DNA from: Cenococcum geophilum
Taxonomy: Eukaryota
Direction: 5' to 3'
Assembly (NCBI GenBank): GCA_050273025.1
Contig: CP158635.1
Coordinates: 27,838,001 to 27,902,000 of the forward strand
DNA: 64,000 nt
The notes below the pieces were generated by a model. It had not been told where the DNA came from, did not search any database, and saw only the letters and a program-made list of their open reading frames with translations. The number at the start of each line of letters is the position of its first letter. Position 1 is the stretch's first letter. This document shows, piece by piece, positions 38,953-52,692 of the stretch. The position numbers were made by a program, and so were the translations under genes.

Positions 38953-39879
38953 ATAAAGGCAGTTTACTAGAAATGTATAAACCTTAGAGAAGTTATAATA
39001 AAAGTAGAGATTAAGACTGCTATAGAGCAAGGTTTAGTAACGGGTATTATAATATTGTTAGATACGATATCTATCGCTTTATAAGACGGAAGGAGCAATA
39101 TCTAAAGAAGATTAAGTAAGTAGACGACTGCTAGTGCTAGCTTACTACTCTATTTTCTCGCTCTCTCACGGGGGCTAAGCCTAGATAGGCTAGTCTATAT
39201 ATACGGCTTCACGCATAGGACACGGTGTTAGTGGATAACTTCGTTATTTGCGGCACGGAGGCCTCCGTAGGCCATACAGGCCCATAGGCGTAGATCTTGG
39301 CCTTAGGCGTCGCGTTAATAAGGCTATAGAGCCTTTAAATTAAGCCGCTCAGAGGCCTAGCTCTCCGCCAGCTGCATATACTAAAGGAGACCCCCTAACG
39401 CACTTTTAAGAGGCAACTATCTACGGGATAGTAGGAGGGTAGAAACAAGCTATAAGAGCCATTATAGCGTTAAGAATTAAGCTCTATATAGAGGTTAATG
39501 CATAATTAAGCTTAAGAGTTGCAGAGTTTCTAGATCTCTCGGCGCTATATAACTTACTAAAAATAGACCTCTCTATCTATTTTCTCGCTCTCTTATAGGG
39601 GCTAAGCCTAGATAGGCTAGTCTATATATATAGCTTCACGCATAGGACACGGTATTAATAGATAACTTCGTTATTTGCGGCACGGAGGCCTCCGTAGGCC
39701 GTACAGGCCCATAGGCGTAAATCTTAGCCTCAGGCGTCGCGTTAATAAGGCTATAGAGCCTTCGAATTAAGCCGCTTAAAGGCCTAGCTCTCTACCAGCT
39801 ACACATACTAGAGGAAACCCCCTAGATAACGTCTGTGCTAAACCTAGGGTATATATAATATTAAGGTCACGCCTAGGCC

Positions 39880-41000
39880 GCTATACGGGCTATTAAGGCC
39901 GTAAAGGAAAAGGGGAATAGAGTTCCAGTTAGGAACTAGTAGTTAAGGCGGTATAGCACAGCCGGATTTATTAAGAAGTAGGCCTAAAAAGCATCGGAGG
40001 TCTATTAGCCTAGCGTTTAGATTTAACTATTAAGTACACCACTATCGTAGGCGTATTAAGCGGCGCCCTTGCGGAAGCTGTAGCTAAGGTAGCCGCCAGG
40101 CTTAACCCTAAGGTCCAGCAGCCCGGTCGTAAGGCGCTTAAGGAAGTTATTCCGGTTAAAAATAGCCCTCTTAAAGCAGAAGAGCGGCTGGCCTAGCTCG
40201 TATAGGTCTAGCATAAAGAGGGCTTCTAGCGCTTCTACCGGGCAGGCGCTATCTCTAGATCTCGCCAGTATAATATTAACGCCTTTATAAGCTTTATCCG
40301 TCTTACTACGCTTAAGTATAAGCCTAGCGTAGTTAGCTATAAAGCGTACGTCACCTCTTATAAGCTTTATAGCGGCGAAGGTCTTATCGTTCTTCCTATT
40401 AGCTATATTATAGGTAAACTCTCCTACTCTTATAAAGCCGGCAAAGGCGACTTAGTAGGTGGCCGCGAAGTTAACGTCGTTAATTAAGGGCCGGGGCGGT
40501 CTACGGCTAAGGCCTCCGGCCTAGGGTAGCATAAGGTAGCTTAACAGCTGCGACACTAGGGCCTTTAAGAGAGGCCGTCTCTCTCTAGTTACCCGTTGCT
40601 TAAATAGTCGGCAGCTACCATCTATAAGGTAGCAGACGTACTTATCGTCAAAGGCCTTTAGCGGGAGGCGTTTATCTACGTACACTAAGCAGAGGGTGGA
40701 GAGTCCTTAAAGTATGGAGTTAGGGCGTAGCTACTTCTATAATAAGGACCCGAACAGCCATATAGTAACCCATCTAGCTAGTAAGTCTACTATAGCCAGC
40801 CACAGGGCGACTCTATTTAAGGCGCAGAGTTTCTTATAGCTATTCTAGTACGATTTATACAATAGCCTTATACTAGCAGATAGGCCGTTCTAGAGCAGCC
40901 TTAGGTAGGCGTCGCTAAAGGTATAAGTCTTATTCTCTTTCCGGAACCAATTAGGCGGCTTAAGGGTAAGAGATTGCTTAACTATAGGCTTATATCAGCA
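39880..41000 (-). pseudogene. Ngaro tyrosine recombinase
   Basis: RIP-reversed HSFRKGAAQHA...IQTLGRWTSDAFQAYF at ~40085-39975. Confidence 0.85.
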
Positions 41001-42625
41001 ATCCGCTTCCTATCTAAACATAAGAGAGCATCCGCCAGCGCGTTATCCTCTAAGGAGAGCTATATTAGGTATAGGTCTATATCTCGCGCGGCTGCAAGCA
41101 GGAGGAGTTATTTAAGAGGGGCGTTCGCTATACCTTTAATATATCCTTTTCGGAGGCCCTAGAGCGCGGTAGAGCTATCGGTATATAGAATTGCTTTATA
41201 GCCATACTATAATTAGCTAAACAGCTAGAAAGCAATAAGGATTGCCTCTACCTCTTTAACGTTAATATAGGCCGTCTTAAGCTCCGGCTCGACGGCTATT
41301 ATTACGGCATAGGCTAGTAGAAGGTATAAGGCGTAGTCCTGCCAAAAGGCGTTTATATTTAACAATTTAAAGTAGAAGAGGCTAAGGCCGGCGTCTAAGG
41401 CGTCTATAATAATATACACTAGCGGCCTAGTAGCACTATTAAGGAAGCGGACTCCGTTAAACTATAGTAGCAGGTCTCTCTACTATTTAAGGTCTTCTAT
41501 AAGGTCTGCTAGCAATCAGCGCTAGCCGGCGCGGGTTATAGGAGGAAAGGCCGCGATAAATGTAAATAGCGGACGTAGCTAGGTCCTTTTAAGGAGCACT
41601 ACCTACGCGTAGAAGTTAAGGTAGCCGGCAAGCAACTACGCCTCCGTTAGCATTAGGCTGCCTCTATTAAGTGTGTTAGCCACAGCCTAGAAAACCTAGA
41701 GCTTCTTATTTATAGAAAGCCTAGCCTCTATAGCCTCGCTATTAATTTCTACGCCTAGGACTATAACGCAGGTGCCTTATTTATCCTTAGAGTCGTTCCA
41801 TAGGATACTAAATCCGTCTATAATAGCGCGGTAGACTACATTAAAGCGCTCTTAGAGCTCCGGCTAAGAGCCACTCTAATAGGTAATAAAAATAAAGTCG
41901 TCTAGATAGTAGTTAACGGACCAATTAGATAACAGCGCGGTAAGGATCCATTATAGTCCTTCTGTAAAGAGGTTAAATAGAAATAGGGTAGTAGCTAGGC
42001 CGAACGGGAGGCAACATTTAACGTATATTACGCCATCCTATTTAAAGCTAAGTAGCGGTTAGTAGTAAGGTACAACTGGCACTATATAAAAGGCGTCCTT
42101 AATATCTCGCTTAATAATAAGGCAGCCTCTTCTAGAGGCTATAATTATATCGTAGATCTCTTAGAGTCGTAGGTACAAGAGGTAGCCATAGTGGTAAGGA
42201 ATCCGCTAGTTAATTCCGCGCCCTAGTAAGTATAATAGGTTATATATATAACGCCAGCCGCCATTATACTTTAAAACTAGCCCAAGCGGCGAGATAAAGG
42301 TATTAATTATTAAAATCTGGATCCGTTTAGCTAAAAGGTTACTCTATAGCTTATCTATAATTACCACTAAGTTATTAATAGGGTGGTTTTGGCTACGGGA
42401 GTAGGCCAGCGGCCCTATATATCCTATTTAGGCGCCAAATATAATAATAGCGGGCAGTAGCGTTTTTAGGTCGCCTAGGTATATCGCAAGTAGCCTTACC
42501 TAGGCTAACGCGTGTAGTAGAGAGGGTAAGTTTAAAATTGGAGGCTTGGAGTTATTATAGGTATCAAACAACGGGTGCGTATTTGGCCGCTCTGGCGGCA
42601 GCTTAAGCGCTTTAAGCGCAGTCAT
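40930..42625 (-). pseudogene. Ngaro RT-RNase H
   Basis: IIKRDIKDAF, CCLPFGLAT, YLDDF (~41900), TDASDAGLG-like (~41400). Confidence 0.88.
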
Positions 42626-42639
42626 AGTCGCTTCCTAGG

Positions 42640-43720
42640 CGAGTTAGTATACTAGGGTTAGCTCTAGGGCCTCAATAGGCCCTATAAATAGGCCTAGTAG
42701 GCCTGCCTTAATAGGCAGGAGGCTATAGCCTAGCGCGGACGGGTGGACTTCGTCTGCGGAGTTAACGTCTACACCATTATCCGCGCTAAGGCTCCAGCTT
42801 CACTTCTTTATGCACGCTATAGCGGCGTGCTTATTAGAGCCGCACTTATTATACTTATACTTCCTTCTACACGCGTTAAAGAAGTAGGTACTAATATTAA
42901 ACTTATTACAAACCTAGCTCTTAATATTACTCTCGCGGGCCTAGCGTATACAACTCTCCCTCTTTAGTAGCCTTATATCGGCCACGGCTGGAGTAGAAAG
43001 GATCTTATCCGGCGTTAAAAAGGAGTCCTTAAATTAGGTTAGCACGGCCGTCCAATTAGAGTCCAGTTTATTAGTATTAATTATATATTAATACCATTAT
43101 ATAACGCACGGAAGTACTATGTCCTTCTATTTATAGATCTAGGCCTAGTTTAGGACCATATTATAGAAGGCCAATATCTTGGGCATGATAGTATAGTAAT
43201 CCGGAAATAATTAGGCGACGATTTGGGCGTATATAATAAAGCAGTACGACCATATAGCATAAGAGGCCCTAAAGTCCTTAAGGGCCTTTTCCTTCTTTAA
43301 ATCGGGCGGAGCCTCTTTACTAAATAGGGCCTAATATTGCCTAGCCTAGCAAAGGAGTGGAAGCTACTCGGCTAGCCAAAATTTGTGGTTATATATCTAC
43401 AGCAAGATCTACTAGGGGATACCTAGAAATCTAGTGGCCACTAACAAGACGGTAGAAGGGGCTGGAGCCTTACCTATTTCCTTAACACTAAGATTCAAGC
43501 GCTTCCGACGAAGCGTTATATCTAGGTGCTTATCAGCCGTCCGCTTACTACTGGCCTTTACGGCCTTCAGGAGCGTGGCGAAGTATTCTAATTTTATAGC
43601 CTCCGGCATAAGCGCTAGCACGGCTAGGTTAATCTAGTCGCCTATACAGCGGCCCACAACGGCCGTAGGCCGCTCGTCGCCCCGCTCTATATTTAATAAC
43701 GTATTGCTAGTTATAGTAGT
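42640..43720 (-). pseudogene. Ngaro ORF1 (gag-like)
   Basis: Lies between A1 and RT; degraded frame with a Cys-rich end (~42900-42800). Confidence 0.55.
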
Positions 43721-46700
43721 GGCTAGTATTAGGGGAGAGTTCGGGGTGGGAAGGGAGGAGTTTATATAGGCAGAGGGAGGAATATACAATTAACAACTAG
43801 CTAGCGATTCGTGGCAACGCGTAGAAGAGTATACAATAGAAATAAGCTACGAGAGCCGTTGTAGCGTTAAGAATCAAGCTCTGTATAGAGGTTAATATAT
43901 AATTAAGCTTAAGAGTCGCAGAGTTTCCGGATCTCTCGGCGCTATATAACTCACTAAAAATAGACCTTTCCATTAATAAAGGTAAAAGGCCAAAGGCTTA
44001 AGATTTTTAAGACGAGATAAGAGAGATCTAAGATTCTAAAGATAGGATGAGGATAGCTTAAGGACCTATAATGAACGAAAACTAATAGGATAGAGTAGCA
44101 GCTTAGTTTAAAGACATACGAATAAGCTTGGGATAAAGTTTCCTATAGGTATTAGATTCTTAAGATAAGATAGATAAGATTTAAGACTCTTAAAATAAGA
44201 TGAGAATACTACGGACGCCTAGTTAGACTAAGGCGGGAGCTAAGCTTAAGTTAGAAGCGAGCTTAGGATTAAAGAATCTAAGGGACTAAGAATTTGGAGT
44301 ACGAATAAGGATACCTATAGGTAAGAGGCAAGGAGCTTTTTTATAGATTAGAGAATCTGCAATATAGATAGCAGTTAGACTGGGAGATAGATATATAGAC
44401 CTAGAAGACTTACTAGTTAAACATAGTATTTAGCCTAAAGATTAAAAAATTAATACTAAGATTAAGAAGTATAAAGACTTTAAGGATCTACTTATAAAAC
44501 GCGAAAGGAAGGAAACTATAAAGGAATTTAGAGTAAGAATTACCTTATAGCAAGAACAGAAACTAGATAAGAGATCTAGTATAGCAGGATATATAAGGGA
44601 TAGAGCGCTAGTATAAAGAATCACTAATAGGCTAAGAGTAGGCATATTAAGAGCTAAGTGGCTTACTAAACTGGAATAAGAAGAGGATTTAGGGATTCCT
44701 ACTAGGTTTAAGGAACGATATACTAAAGGTTATTATAACGTAGTAATAAAAAGATACTTCCTTACGGACCAACCGTATATACTTAAGCAGCTATACTAAA
44801 AGTGGTATAGATAAAGGCATAATAATAAGTGGGAAGATTTCTATATGTAGTTAGATAAAAAAAGTTATTTAAGACTACCCGGTTATAAAAAAGGCTATAA
44901 CTTATATTAAAGGAGCCTTAATTATAACGTTAAAGGATCTAAAAGAGTAATTAGAGGACTAGAGAAGTAGAAGGTAAATCTTAGTACTTGTAAATAAAGT
45001 TATAATGCTTAGATTAACACGAGAAAGGTTAGAACTTAAGGATAAAGATAAGCTAAGAGTTAACCTAAAACACTAAGTATATTATATACTATCGTGGATA
45101 GCATATATGGATAATGCGTGTAATATATATAGAGCACCTAAGGATAAAAATTGGAAGTATTTAATAAGAATATATTAGATAACGGATAAGGTAAAATATT
45201 AAAACGCTAAATATATACATGGTTAGCACCTAGTAGAAGTTTAAAAATAAGGGGACTTAATACTTTAACTAGGAAGATTCCTTACGGAAGAATACCTAGA
45301 TAGATAATAGTAGTGGGAATGTCTAGAGAATACCTGTCTATAGTATATTAAGGATAAAAAGCGAACTAAGTATTGGCCTAAGTTAGATTAAGTATAAGTA
45401 GGATTAAGTAGCTAATAATTAGGAAAAGTAGAGGCCTATAGAACTAGAGGGAACTAGTAGTAAAGCCTTAGACCCTTAAAGGAATTTAAGGACAACACCT
45501 AAATTTATAAGTTAAGTGGTAAGATTAATAGTTTAAGGCACTAATAGATAGTAGAGCAATAAGGAACCATATCTTACTAATAGTAGTTAAAAGAATGGGG
45601 TTACTATATAGACAGAAGGAATGTCCTTACCTATTAGTGATAATTTTAGGAGATCTGATAGCCTATGGAGGAGGTATTATTAACCTTAAAATAGGACCTA
45701 TTTAGTTAACCATTAAAGGAAGACTAGTTAAGATGTCTTTTAATATATTACTATTAGGGAATAATAAGGCAGTATTAGAAATGCCTTAGTTATAGGAATA
45801 TAATCTAAAGATTAATTAAATTACGGGTTAGGTCAATATTAGAGATACTTAACGCCGTAAGATATAACAATAAACTAAGTTAGTATAGTACTAAGTAGGG
45901 GCGACCTATGAAGAAATAGAAAAAGGACTAAGCTATATACTAAAAAGATACTATAAGTATAGCAAGAAACTATGGTCACTAGAGAGTGAAAAGCTATTAG
46001 AGTATATAGTATAGGACTATAAAATAGAATTAGAACCAGGAATAAGTTTAAGATTCTTTTCAATCTATAAGCTTACTAAAGAGGAGGGTAGAGCATTAAA
46101 AGAGTTTGTCTAGGAGAACTTATAAAAGGGATATATTAGATTATCACAATTATTAGTAGGTTATTTAGTACTGTTCGTCCTAAAGAAAAATGGTAAGCTA
46201 AGGCTATATATTAACTATAGATAGTTAAATAGCATTACTAGGAAGGATAGGTATCCTTTACCCTTAATTAGCGAAATCTAAGATAGGATTAGTAATGCGC
46301 AAATCTTTATAAAGATAGATCTAAGATAGGCGTACCACTAGATTAGGATTAAGGAGGGCGATAAATAGAAGGCAGCCTTTAGGTCAAAGGAAGGACTATA
46401 TAAACTATTAGTTATGCAATTTGGGCTTATAAATGTATTAGCAATATTCCAAAAGCGAATTAATAATGTGTTAGGAGAACACTTAGATAAATTTATTGTG
46501 GTATACCTTAATAATATTATTATCTACTTAATAACGGAGAAAGAATATAGAGAATATGTTAAATGGGTTTTAAAGAGGCTATAAGAGGAGTAGATGCTAG
46601 TAGTAATTAAGAAATACGAGTTCTTTACTAGGAAGACCGATTTCGTTAGATTTATTATTAAACTAGGCCAACTTAGCATAGATCTAAAAAAGATTAAGGC

Positions 46701-48899
46701 TATAGTGAATTGGTAAGAACTAGAAAACGTTATATAGTTAAGATCGTTCCTAAGGTTTTATAATTACTGTAGAAGGTTTATAGCGCAATAGTTAAAGGAT
46801 ATTAAGCCATTTACGCGGCTAATAAAGAAAAAAGAACTATAGATATAGAAAAAGGAATAATAAGAACTATTTAAGGAAGTTAAGAGGTTGTTTACCTAAG
46901 AGCTAGTTCTTAAGATCTATTAACTAGGACTAGAAACGGTTATAGAAATAAATATATTAGACTTTACACTAGGAGTATGCTTTATATAAAAGCATCTAGA
47001 TGGATGGCACCTAGTAGCATACTATAGTTAAAAGATAATACTACTAGAACTGAACTATAACATTTATAATAAGGAGTTATTAGGTATAGTTGCAGCACTA
47101 AAGAAATAGAGAGTATTCTTGCAAGGTATAGAGAAACTATTTATAGTTAAGATAGATTATAAGAACCTAATAGGGTTCCTAATAATAAAGGAACTTAACC
47201 AAAGATAGGTTAGATGGGCAGAGATGCTTATAAAATACTATTTTGAGATTTAGTATACTAAAGGTACTAACAATATAAGAGCAGATGCTCTAAGTCGAAA
47301 AGCTAAACTATAAAATAATGAGAAGCTATTAGGGGCTTTACTGCGAAAAGATATAGATGGATTGATTAGGTACAATCACCTAAAAATTATAATAACTTAA
47401 GAAGACGAGTTAGAGAAAATCTATAAGACACTAGAGAGCTTTTAGGTATAAAGAATTCTAGAAGTATAGCTAGAAGATCTATAAATAGAAATGTACGAAA
47501 ACCGAGAAGTAAAGTATATCCTAAGAAGCATAGCAGAGCAATTTATGGAAGACTTCTATAAGGGACTAACTTAAGGACATAATAGAGCTACGGGCTTAGT
47601 GTTAAGACTCCAAGAGGAGTATATTATTAATGGAATTTGGAACCTAGTATAAAAGGTTATAAGAGAATATTTAGATTTCTAAAGGAATAAACTAATAAGG
47701 TATAAGCTATATAGAGGGCTATAACCTATTAAAATACTAGAGAGACTATAGAAGGTTATATTATGGGACTTTATTATTAAGTTGCCAAAATTAAGAAACC
47801 CTATTACTAGACAAGATTATAACGCGATCTTAGTAATAGTAGACAAGCTTATAAAGTGGGGATACTTTATAGCCTATATAGAAGAAATCTCAGCGGAAGA
47901 TATCGCTAGAATCTATATTAAAGAAGTGTTCGTAAGATATAGAGTACTAAGTAAGATTATATTGGATAGAGATTTAAGATTTATAGTAGTATTCTAGGAG
48001 GTATTTTTAGCGGAGTAAGGAGTTTAAGTAGTAACTTCTACTGTATATTATCCGCAGACAGACGGTTAAACGGAAAGATTAAATTAGACACTAGAGCAGT
48101 ATTTAAGATACTATATTAATTACGCACAGAACAATTAGGTATTATTATTACTAGTTATATAGTTTATATACAATGCAATACTATAAGAAGGAATGGGTAC
48201 GTTACTATTTAAGGCGAATTATGGATATAAGCCAAGAACATCGTTATCGCCACGCTAAGTAAAGAAAATAAGTAGCACAGCTAAGTAAAGAATGGAGACT
48301 TTAATAAATCTTTATAAGAACCTTATAAAAATAGCTAAGGTAGTATAGTAAAGAATAAAGAAATATTATAATGCTAAGAGATCTAAGGGACCAGATCTTA
48401 AGGAGGGGGATAAAGTATAGCTACTATATAAAAATTTCAAAAGTTAATAACTAAGTAAGAAGTTAGACCACGTTAGACTAGGACCTTTTAAAATTACGTA
48501 AAGAATTTCACTGGTTATATTTAAGTTGAACCTACTAGCTAAAATAAAAATCTACCCTATATAATATATTGCAATGCTAGAACTAGTATACGGAAATATT
48601 AAGCTACTAATCTACAAAGTAGACACGTATAGAGGATAGGAAGAAGATAAATAGTAAGTTTTAAAGATCGTTAGTTATAAGGATGTTAATAATAAGATAT
48701 AGTATAAAGTAAAGTGGATAGGCTATAATAAGACTACCTAGAAGCTATTAGAGAATTTAAAGAATGCTATAGGAAAGGTATAGGAGTATTAAAAGAAAAT
48801 AGGTCAGGCAATATTAATAAGGAGAAATTGCTAAAGAATAAGTTACCTAAGGGGGACCTAAGAAGAGCGACTGCCGAACTATTTAGAGTTATTTCCTTT

Positions 48900-49437
48900 A
48901 TAGGAAGAGAGTTGGTTCTCTTATTACTAAGTTCCTGTAGACCTTATTCTATAAGTTTCTACTTTTTAAAACGAACCTTTTTATATACCTTCTTAAGACG
49001 GATTAACTAAGTAGATATAGTAAGACGGGAATTAAGAGCACGTTATTAAGTATTAGCAGCCTCCTTTTTAATATTATAAGAACGATGAAGTTCCGCCAGA
49101 GTGACGGATAGTTTATTATTAAGCTTTATAGCAGCTAATTAAATACAAAACCCTATAATAAATTACTTAGGGAACTTAACGACTACTAAGAATAATAGGA
49201 TATATATACTTAGCGTTAGAAATAGAACGAATATTATAGAGCGATTAAATGTTTGCTTTAGTATACTCTAAATAAGAAGAGGGTTACTAAGATAAAGGAC
49301 TTGCTAATATAATATAGACTAACCCCTCTTTTATACAGCGAGAATATAGAGACGGTATTATCTTACTAAGCGATAGTATAGACGAGACCGTATACGTATA
49401 ATAAAAAGTTAAAGAAGAGGAAGACGCTTTAGGTATA
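48900..49437 (-). pseudogene. Antisense Zn2Cys6-like ORF of outer Gypsy C
   Basis: Homologous to 31521-32010; retains TGT at the second Cys position. Confidence 0.5.
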
Positions 49438-52400
49438 ATAAGTAATAATATTAACCAAATTAATTAGATGGATATTACACCTCTAGTAAATAACTTAGAG
49501 ATACTAGGTATCTTTAAGAACAAAGATAGAAAGGAGGGAGATAGTATTACGGACGCTTTAAGTATAATATTATAACTACTTAGAGAGGAGTTAGAAGAAG
49601 CTAGTTAGTTAATATAGGCATAGTCTAGGATGGAACCCGTAGAACTATATAACGAGGAATAGTAAGTAAGGTCACGTAATATAATCTATATAATTTATAT
49701 AATCTGTAAGATTTATAATAGAGCGAATAGAGTAGACAGAGTAGATAGAGCAATAACTTTTATAGGAGTACGGTTGTGTATTTAAGGACCCTTAGTCCCT
49801 ACCTAGATAGTTCCTTCCTTATAATAATTCTCAGAATATAATTAGAGTTAATCTATTGGGCAACCACTCCACTAGTTATTATTACGTTGTTGACTTTTAT
49901 ACTTGCATTTTTTATACACCTAGCCCAATAACGAGCCTATCGTAGTTCTTGCTACAAGGTTCCGTTACAGTAATCTAAGTAGTATAGTAGCTTTAAAGCT
50001 GGTTGTGTATATTAACTCCGCCTATCTAGTTGTTATAATTAATTAATAGACGCGGCAGCGTTAGCTTTTTCTTGGCTTCCTCCCCCTATATATAAGCAAC
50101 TAGATCCTTAAGGAAGGAGTTATACGGCTATAGGCGACACTACTTAACCTCACCGACGTTATTTGAGCTATAGGTGTGTGTAGTTATTAGGAAATAGACT
50201 AGATTCTTATCCTACCAGATAATTAAGAGTACGTCTTTTACTACTACACCAGATATAAGGTTAAACGGTAGTCTTGCCTTTCTTTTATTTACCGTTTTAT
50301 ATACTACTGGATAATTAATTAAATTTAAACGAGTAGTTCCGTAGGTAGCAATTCCAATCCGTTAGAGCGTACTAAATAGTCAAATATTACTAAAGAAGTT
50401 ATTATAAAATAGGCAGAATTGACGAGCTTATAGGGGCAGCTAGCGGTAGAGGTAGAAGACGGCTTTGGATGTAGAATTAAGGATAATATTGGTGAGCTCT
50501 GTTCGACGTGGTAGGTAATAAAAACCGTCTATCCCGCTGCTAAATATAAAGCTAAAATAGTAGCTATATTAACAAAGGCTTATAATCTTATATCCTTTAG
50601 GAATCGGCTTACCTGGTATCTTAATCTTATAGCTAGATCTACTAGTAAACCTTACCATTATCTTATTAACAGATACTATAGAGCCAGGCACCATATAGCG
50701 TTAAAAAGCTTCGCCTAGTGCTAATATTAAAGGTTTAATTTTGGCGTATATATACTCTCTAGCGTTATTAAGCTCTAGAGCTAATATATAAAAGTAGCGC
50801 TTAATCTGCTCCTATTATCTGCGCGGTATAAAGGAACTAATTGCGTATATAGGCTATTTATTATCCCATCGCTAGATATTACGCGGCTGCTGCTGCCGAA
50901 AGACGCCCATATAGATAATTAAGCCTATCTAAATTATTAATTCGCTGGCCGACGTGTCCCTCTAGATAAGCTTTTATTTACCCGCGTAACGTCCTAATTA
51001 GTTAATTCCGTTAGCGTTCTTTTTAGCAGTATAGAGATTTATGTTAGTAGCGAGTAGATAGAAGATTAGTTGGCTAAAAAAGAGTAGGAAGACTTGCCCA
51101 GGAAGGTCCCACCTACTCCTATACCCCTCGCTCGATCCTAGATCTTAACGATTAGTAATTAAGCAGTAAGCTTAACAATCGTATGGCTTATCGCGCTTAG
51201 TAGAGGAATTAGTATTAGCAGTAGGGGAGGCGCTGCTAATAGTAGAAACAAGGTTAATATTTTCACTAGCGCGCTAAGTAGCGATATAGAGCTTATATAG
51301 AAGATTGACGACGTATAAAGGCTCTATAGGAACGTGTGGTAGTAGTTACTAATTAGTAGGCACTAACGGAAGGCCTAGCTGCTTTACTTCATCTACTAAC
51401 AGCTAAGGCAGCATTATATCATCAATTTAATCCTTATCGCCTAAATCGTCCTTACTACTAGCAGCTTGCCTATGCGGCTTAATTATAGCACAAAACCCGT
51501 CCTCCTTAGTCTTATCCTCCTGTACTCGCTCCCCGCCTTATATAACGGTAGCCTGCTCGGGCAGAAGCTCTATAGGCTAGTCGGATTGAGGATCGTAAGT
51601 ATACTGGTTGATTTAAAACTCCTGTGTAAAACTCTGCGCTAGTAGAGGCTCTATATACGATTCGGGCGACGGCTCATGCTCATACTTAGGAGTTTGGAAC
51701 TACTGCATGAACAAGCTCTAGGGCAGCTGTGACGACGCTGCTGCTAATTAATGCCGCGAAAGTATGGCTCTATAAGGTTCAGGTAAGCAGTATACACGAG
51801 GATTTAATATTAAACGACTTCTGACCAAAAATCGCGAATACACGAACGACCCCTATCCGAACTTTCTCAGCAGCTCATCGCTTGGAGCTGACTCGACGCC
51901 CAGAACACCAAACTATATACGGTATAGAGCTTATTGATTGGCTTTTTAGGCGTGCGACGGTGCGCGGGAACTAAAAGTGCATGAACCTGAAGACACAATG
52001 GGATAAAATATCCCTTACAGTAACTAATATAAAGGTAACCTATCCTACTCTATTAGGCAGCTATTAAATACCTAGATAAGTAGATATAATAATAATCCTA
52101 GCTCATAAACCCTACTATACTTAAGGCCTTCTTCCACCCTTTGGCGAGCGCTGTAAAAATTTCAAATTCGCTACGCGCATAATTGCAGCGAAGCCGTATG
52201 CTTGGCTGCAAGAACTTTAGAAAGAGGAAGCGTACGTCAGGCAAGATCTGGTTACTTCAATTTGATTCTTCTGAGTTGCTTCAATTTAATTCTCCTCCAG
52301 GGCAACCAAAATATGCCCGTATATGCTACTTAAGCATTATATAATTTATTAAATAATCTAAATTCTAAAAAAGAAAATTATTTGAATATGCACTGTATAT

Positions 52401-52692
52401 ATATAAAGCTCGGCATAGTCAGAAGCTGAGCATGGTCAGAAAGTTAAACTTAAAGTTCTGACCAGGTTGAACTTTCTAACCACACCGAGTTTTTCCGTAA
52501 CACGCCGAGCTGAGACCCCACTTGCCGTGACTCATAGGCACCACAAAAAAACAACACCTCCAACGCAAATTCTACCCCAACTGCAGCTTCCATCAAACAT
52601 CCGCAAATATTTCTCCGACTCTTTCTCCAACGCTTTCTCCCATTCTACCTCTAACTCTAGCTCAAGTCCAAGCTCTATCACGAACTCAGAGA

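Larger units (their letters stand above)
39149..43973 (-). mobile_element. Ngaro-type (DIRS order) tyrosine-recombinase retrotransposon, full length, RIP-degraded
   Basis: Split direct repeats A1 43837-43973, B1 39576-39824, A2 39440-39576, B2 39149-39397. Host Gypsy C sequence resumes at 43974. Confidence 0.92.
29180..49969 (+). mobile_element. Ty3/Gypsy chromovirus C, outer copy (own sequence 29180-30991, 38958-39148, 43974-49969)
   Basis: 425-bp LTRs at 29180-29604 and 49545-49969. 5-bp TSD GTAAT. gag ATG 29649; protease ALIDSGA-like ~45540; RT YLDDI-like ~46505; integrase ~47700-48250; chromodomain ~48650-48790. Confidence 0.95.
28600..51770 (-). pseudogene. piggyBac-type DDD transposase split by Gypsy C (pieces ~51770-49970 and 29179-~28600)
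   Basis: RIP-reversed motifs IGLIIYMGVF, EQIKRYF, SVDEMMVRFTGRS...PGKPIPEGYKI, DNFFS, YN..MGGVD..DQLRSYY and RNWMPLFFWALDTAVINAYL join in frame across the GTAAT TSD. TIRs were not identified. Confidence 0.88.

Noticed and set aside
39880..41000. Starship captain or Crypton recombinase
   Set aside because: The recombinase is linked to RT-RNase H and split direct repeats, which defines Ngaro.
1678..49010. Remaining short ORF-track entries within TE blocks
   Set aside because: Chance or residual frames in RIP-degraded elements, rich in I/L/Y; for example 47782-47997 is an integrase fragment.
28080..52124. TTAA sites at 28080 and 52121 as piggyBac termini
   Set aside because: The adjacent sequences are not convincing inverted repeats, and TTAA is very common in RIP-mutated DNA.
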